Shown: positions 45,923 through 53,676 of the stretch, in pieces
Layout of the letters: the number at the start of each line of letters is the position of its first letter
Numbering within the stretch: the stretch's first letter is position 1
Source: Burkholderiaceae bacterium
GTDB taxonomy: Bacteria; Pseudomonadota; Gammaproteobacteria; Burkholderiales; Burkholderiaceae_E
Direction: 5' to 3'
NCBI GenBank assembly: GCA_044342535.1
Contig: JBIIPQ010000001.1
Location: 1 to 53,676 of the forward strand
DNA length: 53,676 bases
Notes under the pieces: model-generated
Seen by the model: only the letters and a program-made list of their open reading frames with translations
What the model was told of the DNA's origin: nothing
The model's database searches: none
Translations under genes and position numbers: made by a program

Positions 45923-46999
45923 TCAGCGGCCTGGCGTACCGGCCGCGGCGGCATCGGACGCCTCGGGCGCAACCCGCAGCGCCGACGCGCGGACCGCGCA
46001 GTGCACCGTGTCGCCCGGTCGCGGCGTCTCGCGCTCGGTCACGCGGGCGACGAGCGGCTGTGCGGTGCCGACGTCGATCACCAGCCGCGTGTGGTCGCCG
46101 AGGAAGAAGCGGCTGAGCACGCGCCCCGCGAACTGTGCGCCGGCGGCGTCGACGAGCCGCAGGTCCTCGGGCCGGAACATCGCGGACGAGACCGTGGCCG
46201 CCGAGCCCGGCGGCAGCGGCAGCGCACCGCCCGCGAAGCGCAGCGCGCCGTCGGCAGGCTGCCCCTCGATCCGGTTCATCGTGCCGATGAAGTCGGCGAC
46301 GAACGCATCGGCCGGCTCGTTGTAGACCTGCTGCGGCGTGCCGACCTGCGCGATGCGGCCCTCGGCCATCACCGCGATGCGGTCACCGAGCGCCATCGCC
46401 TCGGCCTGGTCGTGGGTGACGTAGACGGTGGTGATGCCGAGCGAGCGCAGCAGCCGGTCGATCTCCAGGCGCAGCGACTCGCGCAGCCGCGCATCGAGCG
46501 CGGTGAGCGGCTCGTCGAGCAGCAGCACGCGCGGGCGCGGCGCGATCGCGCGGGCGAGCGCCACGCGCTGGCGCTGTCCGCCCGAGAGCTGGTCGATGCG
46601 CCGCGCGGCCAGCGGCTCGAGCTGCGTCATCGCCAGCATCTCGCGCACCCGGGCGTCGCGCTCGGCCGCCGGCAGGCCGCGCACCCGCAGGCCGTAGGCG
46701 ACGTTGCCCTCGACCGTCATGTTCGGGAACAGCGCGTAGCTCTGGAAGACCATGCCGACGTTGCGGCGCTCGATCGGCACGCGCGTGACGTCGGTGTCGC
46801 CGAACAGCACGCGACCGCCGTCGTCCGGCGCCTCGAGGCCGGCGACGATCCGCAGCGTCGTCGTCTTGCCGCAGCCCGACGGTCCGAGCAGCACGACGGT
46901 CTCGCCGGCGCCGATCTCCAGGTCGACCGGATGCAGCGCGCGCGTGCCGTCGGCGAAGGTCTTCGCGCAGCCGTGCAGCACGATCGGGATGCCGCTCAT
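45923..46999 (-). CDS. ABC transporter ATP-binding protein (PotA/FbpC-like)
   Basis: ATG at 46999. Walker A GPSGCGKTT, signature LSGGQRQRVALARA, Walker B LLLDEP. Confidence 0.9.
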   Translation of the reverse strand: MSGIPIVLHGCAKTFADGTRALHPVDLEIGAGETVVLLGPSGCGKTTTLRIVAGLEAPDDGGRVLFGDTDVTRVPIERRNVGMVFQSYALFPNMTVEGNVAYGLRVRGLPAAERDARVREMLAMTQLEPLAARRIDQLSGGQRQRVALARAIAPRPRVLLLDEPLTALDARLRESLRLEIDRLLRSLGITTVYVTHDQAEAMALGDRIAVMAEGRIAQVGTPQQVYNEPADAFVADFIGTMNRIEGQPADGALRFAGGALPLPPGSAATVSSAMFRPEDLRLVDAAGAQFAGRVLSRFFLGDHTRLVIDVGTAQPLVARVTERETPRPGDTVHCAVRASALRVAPEASDAAAAGTPGR

Positions 47000-47808
47000 G
47001 TCGCCGTACCCGGTCGCGCCACGGTGCGGCCGCGCGGGCGCGACGCCCACTGCAGCGCCACCAGCAGCGGCACGATGATCACGAAGAACACCAGCGTGTA
47101 GGCCGAGCCCACCTCGATGCGCAGCGACGCGTAGGCATCGGCCAGGCCCACGGGCAGCGTCGGCGTGAGCGGGGTGTGCAGCAGCAGCGTCATGTTGAAC
47201 TCGCCCAGCGACAGGGTGACGACCATCAGCGAGCCGGCCACGATGCCCGAGCGGCAGCAGGGCAGCACGATGCCGAAGAAGCGCTGCGCAAAGCTCGCCC
47301 CAAGGCTGCGCGCGCCTTCCTCGAGCGTGTTCAGGTCGATCGAGCTCATCACCGCGAGCACGCTGCGCACCATGAACGGCAGCGTGAAGAGCACGTGGCC
47401 GATCAGGATGAAGGCCTCGCTGGTGCGCAGCCCGCCCACGCTACCGAAGGTGACGATCAGCGCGAGCGCGGTGGCCAGCCCCGGCACCGCGATCGGCATC
47501 ACCATCAGTTCCTCGATCGCGCGGGTCAGCGCGTTCGAGCGCTTCGCGAGCACGTAGGCCGCGGGCACGCCCAGCAGCAGCGTGCAGACCAGGCAGGCGA
47601 GCGCGATCCGGATCGAACGGAAGACGGTGTGCCGGTAGTCGGTCCAGACCTTGATCACCCAGTCGAGCGTCAGGCCGCTGCGCCAGCCCTCGAAGTAGTT
47701 GCGGGTCACGCCCGCCAGCATCGACATCGCGACCGGCAGCACGAGGAAGGTGCAGACCGCGAGCGTGAAGGCGAGCAGCGCCCAGAAGACCGGTGTGCGT
47801 CGGCGCAT
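46996..47808 (-). CDS. ABC transporter permease
   Basis: 270 aa, multi-helix, with an EAA-like loop EEGARSLGASFAQRFFGIVLP. Its stop overlaps the ATPase start (ATGA). Confidence 0.85.
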   Translation of the reverse strand: MRRRTPVFWALLAFTLAVCTFLVLPVAMSMLAGVTRNYFEGWRSGLTLDWVIKVWTDYRHTVFRSIRIALACLVCTLLLGVPAAYVLAKRSNALTRAIEELMVMPIAVPGLATALALIVTFGSVGGLRTSEAFILIGHVLFTLPFMVRSVLAVMSSIDLNTLEEGARSLGASFAQRFFGIVLPCCRSGIVAGSLMVVTLSLGEFNMTLLLHTPLTPTLPVGLADAYASLRIEVGSAYTLVFFVIIVPLLVALQWASRPRGRTVARPGTAT

Positions 47809-47811
47809 CGC

Positions 47812-48654
47812 TCAGCCCGCCGCCGCGACCGAGGTGCCGGCCACCGAGCGGGCCAGCGCCAGCGCCGCCCAGGTGATCGCGCCGAGCACGAAGGACAGGG
47901 CCGCGGCCATCGCCACGTTGGCCTGCAGCGTGAACTCGGTGTAGACGACCATCGGCAGCACGTTGATCTTCGTGGCCAGCGTGAAGGCCGTGCCGAACGC
48001 GCCCATCGCGGTGGCGAAGCAGATCGCGCCCGCAGCGAACAGCGCGGGACGCAGGGCCGGGACCAGCACGTCGCGCACGACGCGCAGGGGCCCCGCGCCG
48101 AGCGAGCGGGCCGCCTCCTCGATGCGCGGATCGAGCTTCTCGGCCGCGGCCATCACCGTGAGGATCGTGCGCGGGATGGAGAAGTACAGGTAGCCGACGA
48201 AGAGACCGGTCATCGAATAGGCGAACACCCAGCGTTCGCCGAACAGCGCATCGGTGAGCTCGGGCACCAGGCCCTGCCGTCCGCCTAGCATGATCACCAT
48301 GAAGCCGATCACCACGCCCGGGAAGGCCAGCGGCAGCGTGAGCATCGCCACCAGCACCTCGCGGCCGGGAAAGCGGTTGCGGACCAGGAAGACGCCGCTG
48401 ATGCCCGACACGACGAGGGTCGCTGCCGTGGTTGCCGCCGACAGCAGCACCGTGGCGACGAGGCTCGACAGGTAGCGCGGCTCGAAGAGCACCGCCGTGT
48501 ACGCCGACCAGCCGCGCGGGCCACTGCCGCCGATCAGCGCCAGGCGCGCGAGCGGCACCAGGAAGAACGCGATGAAGACGACGGCGGCCGGCAGCAGCAG
48601 GGCGACGAGCAGGACACGCTCGTCGCCGAGAGGCCCTCGTTCCGGCGCGCTCAG
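47812..48654 (-). CDS. ABC transporter permease (start codon uncertain)
   Basis: EAA loop EEAARSLGAGPLRVVRDVLVP. There is no in-frame ATG/GTG/TTG near the first helix. A CTG at 48654 is preceded by AAGGA (6-nt spacer) and overlaps the stop of the binding-protein gene. Confidence 0.7.
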   Translation of the reverse strand: MSAPERGPLGDERVLLVALLLPAAVVFIAFFLVPLARLALIGGSGPRGWSAYTAVLFEPRYLSSLVATVLLSAATTAATLVVSGISGVFLVRNRFPGREVLVAMLTLPLAFPGVVIGFMVIMLGGRQGLVPELTDALFGERWVFAYSMTGLFVGYLYFSIPRTILTVMAAAEKLDPRIEEAARSLGAGPLRVVRDVLVPALRPALFAAGAICFATAMGAFGTAFTLATKINVLPMVVYTEFTLQANVAMAAALSFVLGAITWAALALARSVAGTSVAAAG

Positions 48655-49667
48655 CCCACGTCCTTCTGGTAGCGCTCGCCGATCACCTTCGCCGCCGCCG
48701 ACAGCTTGAACACGTCGAGCGGCTTCGCGCGTGCGTATTCCGCATCGGGCAGGAAGCGGGCACGGACCTCGTCGCTCATCGCGGCCGGGAACACCGGGCG
48801 CAGGAACGCGTTGGCCCAGTGACGCTGGCCTTCGTCGCTCATCACGAAGTCGAGGACGCGGCGGCCCTGCTCGGGGTTCGGGCCGCGCGCGACCAGCCCC
48901 ATCACGTAGGGCAGCTGCTGCGTGCCTTCCTGCGGGATCACGAACTCCACCGGCGCGCGGTCGGTGTACTTCGCGCGGTACGCGTTGAAGTCGTAGTCGA
49001 GCAGGATCGGGATCTCGCCGGACAGCACGCGCGCATAGGCGGTCTGGGTCGGCACCACCGGCTGGTTGGACTGGAGCTGCTTGAAGAACGCGATGCCCGG
49101 GTCGAGCTGGTCGTACGTGCCGCCGAGCGCGAGATTCACCGCGATCACGCCGACCTGGCCGACCGCGGCGCTGGCCGGATTCAGGTAGCCGACCAGGCCC
49201 TTGTACTCGGGCTTGAGCAGGTCCTTCCACGAGCGCGGCACCGCCTTGCCGCGCAGGGCAGCGGTGTTGACGAAGAGGCCGAGCGTGCCCGAGTGGATCG
49301 TCGTCCAGTAGCCCTCGGGATCCTTCATGCCGGCCGGCACGTCGTTCCAGCGCGCCGGCCTGTACGGCGTGAGCACGTCGGCGGCGCGCGCCTGCGGGCC
49401 GACCTGACCGCCGAGGTAGGTGACGTCGGCGACCGGGTTCGCCTTCTCGGCGATCAGCGCCGCGAGCGACTGGCCCGAGTTCTTGTTGTCCGGCGGGACC
49501 ATCACGCCGGTGCGCTGGCCGATCAGCTTGAGCATGCCGCCCCAGTCGGCCCATTCGGGCGGGCAGTTGTAGCAGATCGCGCGCTGCGACTGGGCCCGGG
49601 ACAGGCTGGGTATCGAGGAGGCCGTGCCGAATGCGGCAGTGGCTTGGAGCAGGCGGCGGCGGTTCAT
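48651..49667 (-). CDS. ABC transporter periplasmic substrate-binding protein (Tat-signal)
   Basis: ATG at 49667. MNRRRLLQATAAFG is a twin-arginine signal. About 338 aa, family-1-like solute-binding protein. Confidence 0.8.
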   Translation of the reverse strand: MNRRRLLQATAAFGTASSIPSLSRAQSQRAICYNCPPEWADWGGMLKLIGQRTGVMVPPDNKNSGQSLAALIAEKANPVADVTYLGGQVGPQARAADVLTPYRPARWNDVPAGMKDPEGYWTTIHSGTLGLFVNTAALRGKAVPRSWKDLLKPEYKGLVGYLNPASAAVGQVGVIAVNLALGGTYDQLDPGIAFFKQLQSNQPVVPTQTAYARVLSGEIPILLDYDFNAYRAKYTDRAPVEFVIPQEGTQQLPYVMGLVARGPNPEQGRRVLDFVMSDEGQRHWANAFLRPVFPAAMSDEVRARFLPDAEYARAKPLDVFKLSAAAKVIGERYQKDVG

Positions 49668-49758
49668 GGGGAGTCCGCTCTCGGGGTCGGATGAAAGTAA
49701 CGGCAGCTTAGCCACGAGCGGTGACAGCCGCATGACACGGGCACAGAGGCGGTGCCCC

Positions 49759-50955
49759 TCAGAAGCGGCGGCTCGCGCCGAGCTGCAGGATCCGCGCGTC
49801 GAGCCGAGCCAGTCCCGGGCTGCCCTCGCCGCCGATCCGCCACGTGCCCTGCTGCCGGTACCACTCGGCGCGCACGTCGACGGTCCACGCCTCGTCGATC
49901 CGCCATGCGACGCGCAGGCCGGCCGCCAGCGCACCGAAGGCGGACAGCCGCTGGTCGGGGGACACCGCGCGGTCGGGCGACGAGGCGAACCCGGGCGGGA
50001 ACGGCGCGCCGAGCACCGGGTCGTAGACCGGGTCGAAGTAGAAGCGCGCGGCGCTCTGCGAATGCAGGCGCGCCAGGGGTGCGAACGTCCAGCCGTGCGC
50101 GAGCGGCCGCACCCATTCGACACCGAGCGTGTGGGCCCGCACGCCCCAGCTGTCGCGGTAGTGGCGGTACTGCGTGCGCAGCGTGCTGCCGGCCAGGGCG
50201 GTGGGTCCGTCTGCGATGTGGTGGTTCCAGCGCAGCAGCACCGAGACCTGGTCGCGGCGGTCCGGTCTGCGGTCCGGGTACTTGTACGGATCGCTCAGCG
50301 TGCCGTCTGCGCGGGCCAGGCCGAGCTGCAGCGCCACGATGTCGCGGGTCGATGCGACGCGGGTCACCCCGGCCGAGAGCTCGAGGGTGCGCCGGTCGCC
50401 CGCGATCGGGGACGGGTCGGCGCCGTCGATCCGGTCCCGGGCGAAGGCCGCGGCGCCCGACCATTCGGTGTTGCCGTCCTCGGAGCGGATGCGCACGCCC
50501 GCGGAGGCCGCGCGCGATCGGTAGTCGTTCTCGTCGGACTGCGCGATGCCGACCGTCCATGCCATGCGATCGGCGTGCCGCGTGAGCCGCAGGTCGCCGT
50601 ACACGCGACGGTCGCGCAGCGACGATGCGCCGGACACCGCGGTGTGCCAGCGCGGCGAGGCGCCGGACACCGCGTCGACGCCACCGCTCGCCGCGATCGA
50701 CCAGTCCTCGCCGACCGGGCCGGTGTACCAGACCGACGGCGAGCTGACGCGCACGCGGCTCAGGCCGGGCTGGGCGTCGCGGTAGTCGAGGTGACGCACG
50801 CCCACGGTGTGGCCGTCGGGCGGGTCGTACGCGGCCGCCGGCGGCGCCACCCCGGGCAGCGCGAGCGCGGCGGCGAGCAGCGCGCCGCCGGGACCGGGAC
50901 GGGGTCCGGACCCGGCGTGCGGCGCGTGTCCGGTGGCGGTCGCGCTCAGTTGCAT
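49759..50955 (-). CDS. DUF3570-like outer-membrane beta-barrel protein
   Basis: ATG at 50955. Alternating beta-strand pattern and C-terminal ...LQLGASRRF (terminal Phe, as in outer-membrane proteins). It sits beside DUF4266 and TlpA genes, as is typical for this family. Confidence 0.6.
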   Translation of the reverse strand: MQLSATATGHAPHAGSGPRPGPGGALLAAALALPGVAPPAAAYDPPDGHTVGVRHLDYRDAQPGLSRVRVSSPSVWYTGPVGEDWSIAASGGVDAVSGASPRWHTAVSGASSLRDRRVYGDLRLTRHADRMAWTVGIAQSDENDYRSRAASAGVRIRSEDGNTEWSGAAAFARDRIDGADPSPIAGDRRTLELSAGVTRVASTRDIVALQLGLARADGTLSDPYKYPDRRPDRRDQVSVLLRWNHHIADGPTALAGSTLRTQYRHYRDSWGVRAHTLGVEWVRPLAHGWTFAPLARLHSQSAARFYFDPVYDPVLGAPFPPGFASSPDRAVSPDQRLSAFGALAAGLRVAWRIDEAWTVDVRAEWYRQQGTWRIGGEGSPGLARLDARILQLGASRRF

Positions 50956-51167
50956 CCGCAGCCGCCGCTGCCCACGCGCCCGCCCCCGGACGCCGACTCG
51001 CGGCTCGCGAACGCCTTCTCGGCGATGCGTGCGTCGGCCGGATCGTCCATGCGCATCTCGGGTCGGGCGAGTTCGCCCTTCTGCCAGGGGCGCACCGGTC
51101 CGGAGGCACTGCAGGCGGACAGCAGCGCGGCCGCGGCGAGCATCGCTCCCGCGAGCCGATGCCTCAT
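50946..51167 (-). CDS. DUF4266-like small lipoprotein
   Basis: 73 aa. Lipobox LLSAC, then PWQKGELARPEMRMD, and C-terminal GGCGCN. The start coordinate comes from the ORF-track frame. It overlaps both neighbouring genes. Confidence 0.6.
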   Translation of the reverse strand: MRHRLAGAMLAAAALLSACSASGPVRPWQKGELARPEMRMDDPADARIAEKAFASRESASGGGRVGSGGCGCN

Positions 51168-52285
51168 CGCGCCGGACCCGCATCGAGCGGGCGCTTCGAC
51201 GCATCGAGGGCCCGCTCGATGCGCCGCTCCAGACCGTCGGCCTCGGAGGCACGAAAGCCGGCGTGGACCGCGAGCACACGGCCGTCCGCATCGATCAGCA
51301 CCGAGCTCGGCATCGCGCGCACCGCATAGCGCGCCGCGATCGCGCCCGTCGGATCGAGCGCGATCGCGAACGCGGGCGCCTCGCGCGCGACGAAGCGCTG
51401 CACGTCGGCGAGGCGCGCATCGACGCTCACGGCGATCACCGTCAGACCGCGCTCTCCGAGGCGTCGCTGCATCGTCGACATCCACGGGAAGGACTGGCGG
51501 CAGGGCGCGCACCAGGAGGCCCAGAAGTCCAGCCAGACCACGCGCCCGCGCTCGGCCTCCAGGCTCACCGTGCCGCCGTCGAGCGCGGGCAGCACGAACG
51601 CGGGCGCGGTGTCGCCGGGCGAGACCGCCTGGGCGCCGGCCGGCGCCGCGAGCAGGACGGCGGCCACCACCACGCCGGCTGCGACCGGGCGTCGGCGTCG
51701 CGCCGCCCGGAGCCCGAGCGCGAGGGCAGCGAAGGCCGCGAGTCCGGGCAGCAGCGGGTCGGCCGGACCCGGCAGGCCCAGCGAGCAGCCGCCATAGCCG
51801 ACGTTGAACGGCGGGGCGATCGAGGCTTGCTCGGTGGACTGCGCGGTGGACTGCGCGGTGAAATGCGAAGCGGCGTCGGCGGGCGGCGCGTCGACGCTCG
51901 GACCGCCGCCGGCGTCACCGGTGAGGCCCGGGTCGGGCGGTGACGCGGGGGCGCTCAGGCGCTGGCGCGACACCTCGCCGAGGAAGGCCGCGATGTCGAT
52001 CACATCGCGTTCGTCGACATGGGGGGCGAGAAAGCTCATGCCGGTCCGGGCCGAGCCGATCGCCCGCAGGATCAGCGCGGCGTTGTCGGCGCCGCGCAGC
52101 GCCCGGTACTGGTTCAGTGCTGGATCGGGGCCGTGGCAGGAGCCGTCCTGCCCGCAACTGAGCGGCGCGTCGTTCGTGCGCGCCCAGAGCGAGCGCCCCC
52201 GCTCGGGGTCGGCCGGCTGAGCGGAAGCGACGGTGGACATCACCGACAGCGCGGCGCAGGCGATCCGGAGGGTGTGTGCGGGCAT
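51164..52285 (-). CDS. TlpA/ResA-like thioredoxin fused to an N-terminal cytochrome-c-like domain
   Basis: C-terminal half: VWLDFWASWCAPCRQ (WCAPC at 51500-51514) and MPSSVLIDADGRV. N-terminal half: signal peptide, then SCGQDGSCHG...GMSFLAP...DVIDIAAFL. Between them: GGCSLG, a hydrophobic helix, then RRRR. Confidence 0.65.
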   Translation of the reverse strand: MPAHTLRIACAALSVMSTVASAQPADPERGRSLWARTNDAPLSCGQDGSCHGPDPALNQYRALRGADNAALILRAIGSARTGMSFLAPHVDERDVIDIAAFLGEVSRQRLSAPASPPDPGLTGDAGGGPSVDAPPADAASHFTAQSTAQSTEQASIAPPFNVGYGGCSLGLPGPADPLLPGLAAFAALALGLRAARRRRPVAAGVVVAAVLLAAPAGAQAVSPGDTAPAFVLPALDGGTVSLEAERGRVVWLDFWASWCAPCRQSFPWMSTMQRRLGERGLTVIAVSVDARLADVQRFVAREAPAFAIALDPTGAIAARYAVRAMPSSVLIDADGRVLAVHAGFRASEADGLERRIERALDASKRPLDAGPAR

Positions 52286-52393
52286 GGGCTGGAAGACAAC
52301 CGGCGGACGCTAGCCGCCGAACATGACGGTTTCGTGTCGGCCCCTCGACCGAACGGGGCGTCGGACGCGAGCGTTCGTGCGCTCGCCGTCGTC

Positions 52394-53239
52394 TCAGCCT
52401 TCGGCCAGCCGCGGCGCCTCGGCCTCGTCCTTCAGCGACACCCCGGTCGCCCCCAGCCGCTTCGCCCCCTCCAGCAGCCCTGCCAGCGTGGCCGCAGCGC
52501 GCCCGTAGGCCAGCCCCTCCGGCCTCACGTTCGAGATGCAGTTGCGCTCGGCATCCGTGCGCCCGACACGCGGCGCCCAGGTGAGGTAGATGCCCAGCGA
52601 GTCCGGCGAGGACAGCCCCGGGCGTTCGCCCACCAGCAGCGCCACCGCGCGCGCGCCGAGCGCCTCGCCCGCCTCGTCGCCCAGCGCCACGCGCGCCTGC
52701 GAGGCGATCACCACCGGGCCGATCGACCAGCCGGCGAGCCGCTCGCGCGCGGCGACGAGCAGCGGCACCGCGTGCCGCGCGACCGCGACCGCGGACAGCC
52801 CGTCGGCGACGACGAACACCAGATCGGGCGCCGACGCGGGGGCCGCCGCCCGCAGGCGCGCGCGGCTCGTGTCGTCGAGCCGCCGCCCGAAGTCGGGCCG
52901 CCGCAGGTAGGTCGGCCGGTCGGCCGCGCGGCTGTGCGCGACGAGCGAGTCGAAGCCCTCGGCGCGCAGGGCGGCGTCCAGCGCGGCGACGTCGAGCGGT
53001 GCATGCACCGCATCGCGCGCCTGCGCGTGCGCCAGCCCGAAGGCGAGCTGCGCCGAGGTCGGCTGGCTCGAGCCGGTGCGCCCGAGCGCGATGCGCGCCG
53101 GCGTGAACGCACGCAGCGCGGTCCAGGCGTCGTGCTCGACGGGCGGGCGCGCCGCGTCCGGCACGAGCGGCTCCCGCGCGCGCGCCGTGCCCTCGGCGCC
53201 GGGCTCGCGGACCTCGTGCGAGGCGTCCGTCCCGCTCAA
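52394..53239 (-). CDS. eutC: Ethanolamine ammonia-lyase small (light) subunit
   Basis: 281 aa. [37 protein letters not shown] and [11 protein letters not shown]. Confidence 0.85.
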   Translation of the reverse strand: MSGTDASHEVREPGAEGTARAREPLVPDAARPPVEHDAWTALRAFTPARIALGRTGSSQPTSAQLAFGLAHAQARDAVHAPLDVAALDAALRAEGFDSLVAHSRAADRPTYLRRPDFGRRLDDTSRARLRAAAPASAPDLVFVVADGLSAVAVARHAVPLLVAARERLAGWSIGPVVIASQARVALGDEAGEALGARAVALLVGERPGLSSPDSLGIYLTWAPRVGRTDAERNCISNVRPEGLAYGRAAATLAGLLEGAKRLGATGVSLKDEAEAPRLAEG

Positions 53240-53676
53240 GCCCCCACCCCCACCGCCTCGGCCATCCCCAGCAGCGCCTGCCCGCGCCCCGCGCCCGCCA
53301 GCAGCCGCCCGTCCGCGCCCGCGATGCCCATGCGCTCGAGCCAGGCCTCGAACTCGGGGGCGCGCTTCAGACCCAGCGCCTCGCGCAGGTACAGCGCGTC
53401 GTGGAACGACGTGCTCTGGTAGTTGAGCATCACGTCGTCCGCGCCGGGCACGCCCATGATGAAGTTCACGCCGGCCACGCCCAGCATCGTCAGCAGCGTG
53501 TCCATGTCGTCCTGGTCGGCCTCGGCATGGTTGGTGTAGCAGACATCGCAGCCCATCGGCACGCCCAGCAGCTTGCCGCAGAAGTGGTCCTCGAGCCCCG
53601 CACGCACGATCTGCTTGCCGTCGTACAGGTACTCCGGCCCGATGAAGCCGACCACGGTGTTGACCAGCAGCGTCGC
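53236..53676 (-). CDS. eutB: Ethanolamine ammonia-lyase large subunit, C-terminal part; the 5' end lies outside the window
   Basis: The reading frame is open to the window edge. [48 protein letters not shown] and NYQSTSFHD. Its stop overlaps the eutC start (ATGA). Confidence 0.85.
   Translation of the reverse strand, partial: ATLLVNTVVGFIGPEYLYDGKQIVRAGLEDHFCGKLLGVPMGCDVCYTNHAEADQDDMDTLLTMLGVAGVNFIMGVPGADDVMLNYQSTSFHDALYLREALGLKRAPEFEAWLERMGIAGADGRLLAGAGRGQALLGMAEAVGVGA

Noticed and set aside
51111-51185. An apparent one-nucleotide frame inconsistency when I hand-translated the DUF4266/TlpA junction against the printed sequence.
   Set aside because: The supplied ORF track reads through cleanly in both genes, and coordinates downstream agree with the printed sequence. 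I attribute this to my own character-counting error and used the ORF-track frames. It is flagged here so the junction can be rechecked.

Overview
This is a high-GC segment of a Gram-negative, proteobacterial-type chromosome. Hand-counted 60-nt sample lines give 44/60 GC in the backbone, 37/60 in one insert and 30/60 in another. I saw no rRNA, tRNA, CRISPR array, transposase or integrase.

Left third (1-20.1 kb): the 3' end of an acyl-CoA ligase gene, then a cluster resembling the N-methylglutamate amine-assimilation pathway (GS-like ligase, three-part glutamate-synthase-like enzyme, divergent DAO oxidoreductase and XRE-cupin regulator). After that come assorted small enzymes, including two truncated gene remnants next to a lower-GC two-gene patch, a GT1 glycosyltransferase, an MlrC/ChaC/amidase/MetX-like operon, and asd. 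The asd gene is flanked by a decayed duplicate of its neighbour's 3' end.

Centre (21.5-42.8 kb): a complete type 2 BREX (Pgl) phage-defence locus, pglW-pglX-[3 extra genes]-pglY-pglZ-brxD-brxHI.

The best candidate for something undescribed is a lower-GC, translationally coupled three-gene cassette at 29.46-32.71 kb, nested between pglX and pglY. It encodes a small HEPN-like protein, a ParA/MinD-class ATPase with a KGGVGR Walker A, and a second P-loop NTPase with a winged-helix-like tail. I cannot match it from memory to any named defence system.

Other points in the locus: pglX is compositionally mosaic, with a roughly 50% GC block where the specificity region would be expected. pglW has a NERD-pseudokinase-kinase layout and a C7 tract right after its start codon.

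Right third (42.8-53.7 kb): two hydroxy-acid dehydrogenases, a phosphodiesterase with an ABC importer, a DUF3570/DUF4266/TlpA envelope cluster containing an unusual fusion protein, and eutC/eutB.

All functional calls rest on motifs read by eye from the supplied translations. No database search was run.
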